This document shows positions 1 to 7,166 of a DNA stretch of 18,745 nt, one piece after another. Position numbers and translations under genes: made by a program. Every line of letters begins with the position of its first letter. Position 1 is the stretch's first letter. This stretch comes from a virus, in the IMG/VR virus record IMGVR_UViG_3300045988_035938, positions 1 to 18,745 of that record; one strand, given 5' to 3'. The notes below the pieces were generated by a model. It ran no database searches. It had not been told where the DNA came from and worked only from the letters and a program-made list of their open reading frames with translations.

Positions 1-234
1 GATATGCTATCAAGAAATAATTCTATATTAGTAATAATATTTGATGATGGAGTATATATATTTAAAGATATAAAACAAGCCTTTATAAAGGATTCTATGA
101 AATATGGTTGTTCTACAACAGATTTTGGAGGAACTTATGGCTATTCATTAAAAACAGAGTTGTCTTTAAAGAAAGCCATTAAGATAGATGTAAATACAGA
201 ATTTAGTAATTATATAGCAAATGATAGCCTATAA
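1..234 (+). CDS. hypothetical protein, possibly 5'-truncated by the window edge (first ATG at 4)
   Basis: Frame 1 is open from base 1 and stops at TAA 232-234. No recognisable motif. Overlaps the next gene's ATG (221) by 14 nt. Confidence 0.45.
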   Translation, partial: DMLSRNNSILVIIFDDGVYIFKDIKQAFIKDSMKYGCSTTDFGGTYGYSLKTELSLKKAIKIDVNTEFSNYIANDSL

Positions 235-715
235 AAGAATACTTAATTTTGAAAACTACCAAATTGGAACTGATGGCTCAATATGAAGTTTAAGAGCATC
301 AGTTCCAAAGAGGTTAAAACCTCAAGTAAAAACTAATGGGTACTTTACAGTAACATTATATAATAAAAATTTGAAAAAGAAGTGTTATATACATAGATTA
401 GTAGCTGAAACTTTTATATCTAATCCGAATAACTATCCTTGTATAAATCATAAGGATGAAAATAAATCAAATAATAATGTAAGTAATTTAGAATGGTGTA
501 CTTATAATTATAATAATAATTATGGAACTCATAATCTGCGAGCTGGATATAGTCATAAGAAACCAATACTGCAATTACTAAATGGAATAGTTATTAAAAG
601 ATGGGATTCAGCAATAGATGCTGAGAGAGAACTAAATATACAATCTAGAAATATTGTAAAGGTTCTTAAAGGGCAGCGAAAAACAGCAGGAGGATATATG
701 TGAACATATGAGTAA
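221..715 (+). CDS. HNH homing endonuclease (NUMOD4-like N-terminus, HNH core, NUMOD1/IENR1-like C-terminal DNA-binding tail), read with TGA=Trp
   Basis: The track ORF 371-703 extends upstream in the same frame to ATG 221, which follows an in-frame TAG at 215-217, through TGA 284-286 (YQIGTDGSI-W-SLRA, a NUMOD4-like pattern). It also reads through TGA 701-703 to TAA 713-715, giving the typical homing-endonuclease ending TAGGYM-W-TYE. Core motif: CYIHRLVAETF...CINHKDENKSNNNVSNLEW. Confidence 0.8.
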
Positions 716-1016
716 TAACGAAATTGTAGAAAAGTACTATCCATTTATTATGGAACTTAAGCAAAAATTTGGTGCAGATGATGACTGTGTTCAAATGATT
801 TTTGTAGAAATACTAGAGTATTCAAATCCAAAATTAAATCAGCTTGATAGCAAAAATGAATTGAAATTTTGGATTACAAGATTATTTAAGAATTATTGGT
901 TTAGTAAAACAAGTAGATATTACTATACCTATAAGAAATATTATGAGATTGTTAAAGAACCACTTGAACAACAAAATGACGAATTGGAGGATTGATTAAA
1001 TGAAACGGAAGATTAA
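708..1016 (+). CDS. sigma-70/ECF-like factor, region-2-only polypeptide
   Basis: DDDCVQMIFVEILEY...ELKFWITRLFKNYWFSKTSRY resembles sigma region 2.1-2.4 (DLVQE...F..WL..I..N...D). In-frame TGA at 993-995, TAA stop at 1014-1016 under code 4. No region-4 helix-turn-helix in this ORF. Confidence 0.5.
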
Positions 1017-1245
1017 TATTGACGATTTACTTACTGAGTATGAAATAGACTATAGTATGTTTACAAATATGGATGATAGACTATTAAGTATATATCCAAA
1101 ATGACTTGAGCTTAATAAGGCAGATAAGACAGTAATCATATTATATGCTGAATATCACAGTTATAGAGAAGTGGGAAGAATATTAGGAATTAGTCATACT
1201 ACAATTCAAAGATTTATTAAACAAATAAGAGAGAGATTATGTTAG
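1000..1245 (+). CDS. sigma-70 region-4-like helix-turn-helix protein (second half of a split sigma factor)
   Basis: LNKADKTVIILYAEYHSYREVGRILGISHTTIQRFIKQIRERL matches the sigma region 4.2 HTH pattern. ATG 1000 is the first codon after an in-frame TAA (997-999) and lies 9 nt downstream of GGAGG (986-990). One in-frame TGA at 1102-1104 (YPK-W-LEL). TAG stop at 1243-1245. Confidence 0.6.
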
Positions 1246-1568
1246 AATTATTTATAATAGCAGTAATAATAGTCTTTATAATTGATTTATCTGGGGCTTT
1301 GGATAGTTTTAAACACAGTATTTGAAAAAGACTATTTAAAGGTATACCTTATAAAGAAGATTGAAGACTAAAACCTTTAGATTGCAGTTTATGTATGACT
1401 TGGTGAATTGGATTAATATATATTCTTATTACAAGTCAATTTTCAATTTTAATGGTTGGATATATTGCACTATTAGCATTTATGACTCCAATTATTAAAG
1501 ATATTATGATATTATTAAAAGATGCATCTACTAAGCTGATAGATGTTATATACAAACTTATTAATTAA
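1239..1568 (+). CDS. small integral membrane protein with a CxxC motif
   Basis: ATG 1239 overlaps the previous stop. Hydrophobic stretches LELFIIAVIIVFIIDL, WWIGLIYILITSQFSILMVGYIALLAFM. Motif KPLDCSLCMTW-W-IG. Three in-frame TGAs (1323, 1362, 1404), so it is invisible in the standard-code track. TAA stop at 1566-1568. Confidence 0.6.
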
Positions 1569-1657
1569 AAATTATATTTTATGGAAACAGAAGTTATTTA
1601 TCACTACAAGAATGGAAAGTTAATTTCTATATTTACTTATACTAAAAAGCGCTAATT

Positions 1658-1993
1658 ATGAAACAATTAACAGAAGAGCAGTTTAAATATTTAAGAGGAT
1701 TTGAAGATAGATTTGTAACTGCAACTAAGTCTAATTATTGCAGAAATGTACAAAAGCAGGATGTAATTAAGCTTAAAGAGATTTATGAATATTTAATTGA
1801 ACAAGAATATAGAATGAGCGTAGCTTGTGCTACTTGTATACTTAATCTTATAAAGAGGATTGCCCCAATCTATTTTGAATATCAAGAAAAACTAAAGGAA
1901 AATGAAAGTAAAGAATCAGGAACTGCCGAAGAAAATAGGGAGACCGAAAAAGGAAGAAGTAAAAGAGGATCAAATAGACGAACAAAAAACTAA
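1658..1993 (+). CDS. hypothetical protein
   Basis: 111-codon ATG ORF in the track. Charged C-terminal tail. Its last 92 nt overlap the small-terminase ORF in another frame. Confidence 0.45.
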   Translation: MKQLTEEQFKYLRGFEDRFVTATKSNYCRNVQKQDVIKLKEIYEYLIEQEYRMSVACATCILNLIKRIAPIYFEYQEKLKENESKESGTAEENRETEKGRSKRGSNRRTKN

Positions 1994-2354
1994 ATATCTT
2001 TATGCAGCAAGATTATTTAATAAAGGGTGGTCCAGAAATAAAGTAAGTGAGGAACTTCAAACTAAATATGGAGTTGGGCAAACTACTGCTGCTAAATATA
2101 TTAGAGAAGCTTATAAGATTATTGCAGATAAAAACGATAATCTTATAAAGAATTTAAGACATATACAATTAACAAGATTGGAAACATTGTTGGATATTGC
2201 TATTAGTAAAAATGATGTAAGATCTGCTACTGAGGTTATTAAAACAATAAATTCTATGTTTGGATTAAATCAACCAGAAATTCAAGTTAATATTCAAAAT
2301 AATGAATGCCAATTTAAATTTGGAGATCCTATTATAAATGACAAGGATATATAA
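1902..2354 (+). CDS. terS: terminase small subunit (HTH DNA-binding)
   Basis: AT-hook-like N-terminus KKIGRPKKEE, then the HTH-like GWSRNKVSEELQTKYGVGQTTAAKYIREA. Sits immediately upstream of the large terminase and overlaps it by 17 nt. Its frame is closed by TAA at 1893-1895, so ATG 1902 is the first possible start. Confidence 0.65.
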   Translation: MKVKNQELPKKIGRPKKEEVKEDQIDEQKTKYLYAARLFNKGWSRNKVSEELQTKYGVGQTTAAKYIREAYKIIADKNDNLIKNLRHIQLTRLETLLDIAISKNDVRSATEVIKTINSMFGLNQPEIQVNIQNNECQFKFGDPIINDKDI

Positions 2355-3585
2355 AGGATATAGGCCATTTATGTACCAATATAAGGTTCATATAGCTATG
2401 GCAGATGCTTATAGATCTGGAAGGATATTTACAATTAAAGCTAAACGACAAGTAGGTAAATCTTTCTTAGCTGAAAATGAATTATTACGATTTGCAATTA
2501 ACTATCCAAAAACAGTCAATTGTATAGTAGAACCTACTCTTGGGCAATCAAGAAAAGTGTTTAAAGAAATAGTTAATGCTATAGCTGAAGCAGATATTCT
2601 TAAACGTAAGAATGAAACTTTGCTTGAATTAGAGTTTAATAATGGCAGTTCTATATTATTTAGATCTGGAGAACAAATGGATTCGTTACGAGGATTCTCT
2701 GTAAGTGGATTACTTGTATTAGATGAGGCTGCTTACTTAAAAGATGAAGTATTTGAAATTATTAAACCTACTACTGATGTGTGGTCTGCTCCAATATTAA
2801 TTATTAGTACTCCAAGGTTCCGAGAGGGTTTCTTTTATGACTGCTTTACTAAAGGGTTAGATCCGAAATATGACAAGTTCTATAAATCATTTGATTGAGC
2901 TTTAGAAGATACATCTATGCTTTTAGATAAAGAGAAGTTAGAGATGTATCGACTTACAACCTCAAAAAATAAATTTAGAACCGAATACTTAGGGGAATTT
3001 GCAGATGATGATGGATGTTTATTTAATAATATAGCTAATTGCATAATTGAGAAAAAACCAGATTATCAGAGTCTTTATATAGGAATAGACTGGGCTACTG
3101 GGAGTGGTAAAGACTATACTTGTGTTACTGCTTTAAATGAATCTGGGCAAATGGTCTTTATAAAGTATTTTAACGATAAAACTCCAACAGAGCAAGTTGA
3201 TTTATTAACAAATATACTAACTGAGTATCAAGGATTTATAAAGATTGTGCAAGTTGAACAAAACTCAATTGGTAGTGTCTTCTATGATATGTTAGTTCAG
3301 AAGAATCCGAAAATCAGGATTATACGATTCTTAACTACTAATAAGAGTAAGGCAGATATAGTTAATAAGCTTCAAGCTGCTTTGGAGAATGAAAAGATAG
3401 GATTATTAAAAGATGATAAACTTTTAAATGAGTTAAGACTATATGAAGCTTCATATAATCCAAAAACTGGAAATGTTAGTTATAATGCTCCATCTGGATT
3501 TAATGATGATACAGTAATTTCATTAATGCTAGCCTATGACTCATTAAATACAACTAAAGGACATTATAATATTAAATTTAAATAG
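2338..3585 (+). CDS. terL: terminase large subunit, read with TGA=Trp
   Basis: Track ORFs 2338-2898 and 2917-3585 share frame 1 and are separated only by TGA 2896-2898 (SFD-W-ALED). Walker A-like KRQVGKS, Walker B-like LLVLDEAAY, and a nuclease half with GIDWATGSGKDYT and FNDDTV. TAG stop at 3583-3585. Confidence 0.9.
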
Positions 3586-3586
3586 T

Positions 3587-4371
3587 ATGATAAAATCTTG
3601 GAATGAAATGAATTTAGCTCATTATAGAAAACTATTGGATGTAATTAGAAAAGAATGAGAAAATGAATTAGATATGAATTTAGCTATGGTATCTGTACTT
3701 AGTGATATTTCTTTAGAAGAAATTCAAAATATGGAGCTGAATAAATTACAAGAATTAATTAACAATCTTAAATTTGTAGAGAGTACATATAAACCTAAAA
3801 CTCCAGAAACTAAATATATTATTGGAGACAGGGAATATAAAGTCTTTTTTAATGTTAATAAGATGACTGCAAGTCAATACATAGACTTCCAGAATTTTTA
3901 TAAGAAGTATGATGATTATATGCCAAATCTAGCTGCTTGCTTTTTATTACCAGAAGGTAAGAAGTATGGAGAAGATTATGATCCTTTGGATGAAGCAGAG
4001 TTTTTGAATAATCATTTAACAATTGATATATTCTCTGACATAATGTTTTTTTTTGTAAACTTATTGCGACTATCAACTCTGAGTACCCTTCACTCTTCGG
4101 AAAGAGAGATGAAGAAGAAATTGAAGAAAACAAAGAACAAATTAGAAAGGAGAAAGATTCTAAGGAGTCTGATACAGATGAGACGGTTACTCCTTTTACT
4201 CAAAAATGAAGCTGAATTATCTGAATAGATAAAGTAAGTGAGGTTACTAAATTTAATTGGCATCAAGTTTATGATATGCAAATTAAAGAGTTCTTAAATA
4301 CAATTTGTTATGTTATAGATAAAGCTAATGAAGAAAATAGACAAATTGAAGAATGAAAACGAAAACATTAA
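3587..4371 (+). CDS. tail-assembly-chaperone-like protein. The 0-frame product ends at 4228. A longer product requires a -1 shift in the T9 run at 4046-4054 and ends at TAA 4369-4371.
   Basis: ATG 3587 extends track ORF 3674-4228 upstream through TGA 3656-3658 (RKE-W-ENE). After the T9 run the 0-frame becomes K/R/L-rich low complexity. The -1 frame (open 4012-4371, with no ATG/GTG/TTG in frame before 4276) encodes protein-like sequence: SEYPSLFGKRDEEEIEENKE...PFTQKWSWIIWIDKVSEVTKFNWHQVYDMQIKEFLNTICYVIDKANEENRQIEEWKRKH. The chaperone call itself is weak and rests on the pattern YIIGDREYKVFFNVNKMTASQYIDF plus the frameshift architecture. Confidence 0.5.
4046..4054 (+). promoter_or_regulatory. 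T9 homopolymer: candidate -1 ribosomal slippery site, or a homopolymer-length sequencing error
   Basis: ATG TTT TTT TTT GTA in frame 0. Slipping back one base gives TTT TTT TGT AAA CTT and enters the only frame that stays open to 4371. Confidence 0.45.
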
Positions 4372-4404
4372 AATGTCAGTTTTTATTTATTTTAACTACT
4401 AAAT

Positions 4405-4423
4405 TTGAGTAAAAAACTTGACA
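4405..4423 (+). promoter_or_regulatory. conserved intergenic motif TTGAGTAAAAAACTTGACA (contains a consensus -35 TTGACA), copy 1, upstream of the tail module
   Basis: Near-identical copy at 13380-13397. Similarity continues downstream (TTGACA-CTTAATAG versus TTGACA-TTTGATAG). It lies in one of the two large non-coding gaps of the window. No convincing -10 at 17 nt in this copy. Confidence 0.4.
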
Positions 4424-4428
4424 CTTAA

Positions 4429-4456
4429 TAGGGAGTAAGTCTCCCTATTTGTGTTT
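4429..4456 (+). terminator. hairpin plus T-rich tail (possible intrinsic terminator or 5'-leader structure)
   Basis: TAGGGAG (4429-4435), loop TAAGT, CTCCCTA (4441-4447): a perfect 7-bp stem followed by TTTGTGTTT. Sits 58 nt after the upstream stop, but downstream of the TTGACA motif, so its role is ambiguous. Confidence 0.4.
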
Positions 4457-4492
4457 AGATACTAACCTATAAATTAATATATTTTAACAAAA

Positions 4493-4981
4493 ATGAATAT
4501 TCAAGAACTAAATTTCCCAAATTTAAATGAGTTATTAAGACGTTGAGGAGAACTCATAATTTCTTTATATAGACAGGAATTGGTTCAAACAAGGACTGAT
4601 GATACTGGATTATTAGGTAATAGTTTAAATTACATTGTTGAGACCCAAAATGGGGATTATGAAGTTAATGTTAGTTTATTAGATTATTGGAAATACGTTG
4701 AAGAAGGCAGACATTCTGGTAAGTTCCCTCCACTTAATGATATAAAGAGTTGGATTAAAACTAAGCCAATTATTCCCAGACCTTATAATGGTAAGTTACC
4801 AACAATAGATCAGCTTACATATTTAATTGGGAGGAAGATACATCTTCAAGGAATTCAAGGTAAACATCCATTATCAAATACTATAGAATATATAGAAAAT
4901 AACTATATGGAGCTTCTTGATGATGCTATAACTAAAGATCTTCAAGGACAAGTAGATTATTATGTATTTAAAAACTTTTAA
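4493..4981 (+). CDS. HK97 gp10-like head-tail (neck/tail-completion) protein, read with TGA=Trp
   Basis: ATG 4493 extends track ORF 4580-4981 through TGA 4544-4546 (LRR-W-GEL). RTDDTGLLGNSLNYIVE...VSLLDYWKYVEEGRHSG matches the HK97 gp10 family pattern (TG.L..S...... YA.YVE.G). Confidence 0.6.
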
Positions 4982-4983
4982 AA

Positions 4984-7164
4984 ATGGCATTTATACCAAG
5001 TAAATTAGGAATATATAACGCATCAAGGAGTTTTCCTGTTAAATGGAATAATCCTGGATGGGGAATTACTGGAGAATATGATTATTGGACTTGGGGAGAT
5101 GATTATACTGAAGAAGGGCCTTTAAATGTAACTATACAGGATCCAAGTAAAGAAGGATGTACAATACAATTTTTATCTCCTACAACAATAACTACTGATT
5201 CTTCTACTGTATTTCATTTTTATCCTAGAGGCATTACTACTGCTTTATTAGAGGAAGATTTACCAATTAATTTACATAGTAAAGCTCCTGGATATTATCC
5301 TGCTAATGGCACCATTAAAGTACCAAATACTGGTGGAGAATATACAGTAGAGTATATATTAAATAGATCAGATATTATTAAATGAGATGCAGCAGTTGTT
5401 AATGCTACAGCTTTAGTTAATATGGAAGTTCTGGATTGGGATTCTTGCTCTATTAAGTTTAAATTCACAGTAAGAGCTAATACTCAATGGAATACCGATT
5501 TAATTGGAACTATTCAATTAGGAGCTTATTATGACACTAATAAACTTATTAGTTATAGTTACGGCTTTAAAATTGAAAAAAGCAATACTCCAGAAGATTT
5601 AAAGTTAGTAGTAACTCCTTCATCTGGAACTTATGGAGCATCTGCTTTTGTTACTGAAGAATTCCATTTAAGTACAACTAAAGCAGAAGAAACAATTACC
5701 TCATTTAATGTTACCTGCCCTCAAGCTAGTAATATTAAAAAGGATATTGTTGATAACTATTTTGTATTAACTGTTCCAGAGAATAAAACTACTAATAATT
5801 TAGAGTTTAGTGCAATGGTTACTGCAATAACTTCTGGGGGTTATAACCTTGAAGCTACAGTTCCAATTAAACAAGCTGCAACATCTTTAGTGATTCCTAA
5901 TACTAATTATGAAGTAAGTTGAACTGCATCTACATTAAATATAATTGGTGCAGGCTCAAATAACTTAGATGATGTTGTATTTAGTATTCCTGTAGGTTGG
6001 ATTAGTGGTCAGAAGTTATCTGTGAATCCTCAAGGTGTAGCAACTATTAGTTTGAACATTGCAGAAAATTCAGGTTTATCTTCTAGACAAGCAACTATTG
6101 GAGTATCTATTATAAAGAATAGTTCAAGTATTATTAATTTATCTATTAATATTACACAATCTGTTAAATCTGATATATCTCCTATTTGGAAAGATTATGT
6201 TTGGAATGAGATAATCAGTTCAGATTTTATTGAATATCATCTAGATTATGCAGGAGATATGGTTTATGCTGGCAAGGCTTATAAATATCCAGAAACTGAT
6301 AGAGTAGAGTTTCTATTAAATAATGTAGCTGAGAATTATCTATCTAATGGTATTATATTTAATACTTCTAAAACTATAATATCTCCAGAATATTTGAAAC
6401 CATTTACTTTGATAACATCTAGTGGAAATGAAAAACCAATTACTTTCTTCAATGACTGGAGTTATAAAGATAGAGATCTAACTAAAGGCACTATGTTAAG
6501 TGATCCTATTACTGGTTTAGTTGATCCAAGGCAGTATTTAGTATCAAGTTGAATTCTACCAACTGGAACTGGAGTTATTAATAGATTCTTTTATATAGAT
6601 GGAGTACAATCTGCTATGGATATTAGTTTAAATTCTGGAATTAATGGATATACATATACCGAAGATTTAAGTAATAAACTATGGCCTTGTGGAAGCTATT
6701 TAATAGTAGGATTTGTAGAAGGGGGAAATATTAGTGATAGACAGATTAGATATGATATAGATACTACAGGTAAAGATTATGTGTTGTATTATACTAATTC
6801 AGCAGGTGGATGAGATTCATTACTTGTTGAGGGTAATGTTAAAAAGAATGATGAGATTAAATCTGAAACATATACTCGTAAGGTATTAAATACATCACAA
6901 GAGTTTGCAAGAAATAAGTATTTGAATACTATAACTTCAAGCTGGGTTCTTTATACTGGTTATTTAAATGATATTCAAGCTTCTAAGATGTTTAATCTAA
7001 TTGAGAGTACCAAAGTATATTTGCATAATCTTAAAGATAATACTATCACTCCAGTATTGATTACAGATACAAATTGTGAATATAAAACTTATACTAATCA
7101 AGGTAAAAACAAGTTCTATTATACAATTAATGTAGAAGCTTCTCAAGATACTTATCGTAAATAA
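4984..7164 (+). CDS. 726-aa tail/baseplate structural protein with tandem BACON/Ig-like beta-sandwich modules, read with TGA=Trp
   Basis: Five track ORFs (4984-5385, 5422-5922, 6022-6552, 6616-6813, 6922-7164) are all in frame 1 and separated only by TGA at 5383, 5920, 6550 and 6811, with no TAA/TAG between them. The module around 5914-6159 has a BACON-like pattern (VS-W-TAS...LNIAENSGLSSRQATIGVSI...INITQ). Function inferred from position in the tail module. Confidence 0.7.
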
Positions 7165-7166
7165 TT

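Noticed and set aside
1581-1655. 24-codon ATG ORF (METEVIYHYKNGKLISIFTYTKKR) in the gap before 1658
   Set aside because: Too short to support from sequence alone. It could be real, since the genome is tightly packed, but there is no motif.
4093-4106. Small hairpin CTCTT-CGGA-AAGAG as a frameshift stimulator for the T9 site
   Set aside because: Only 5 bp, and it begins about 38 nt downstream of the slippery run. That is too weak and too far to count as a stimulatory structure.
4372-4492. Possible suppressor tRNA or other small RNA in the intergenic gaps (also 13283-13476 and 16771-16861)
   Set aside because: I found no cloverleaf: no 7-bp acceptor pairing, no GTTCRANNC-type T-loop flanked by a 5-bp stem, and no UCA anticodon loop context. 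The hairpins present are simple stem-loops followed by T-tracts.
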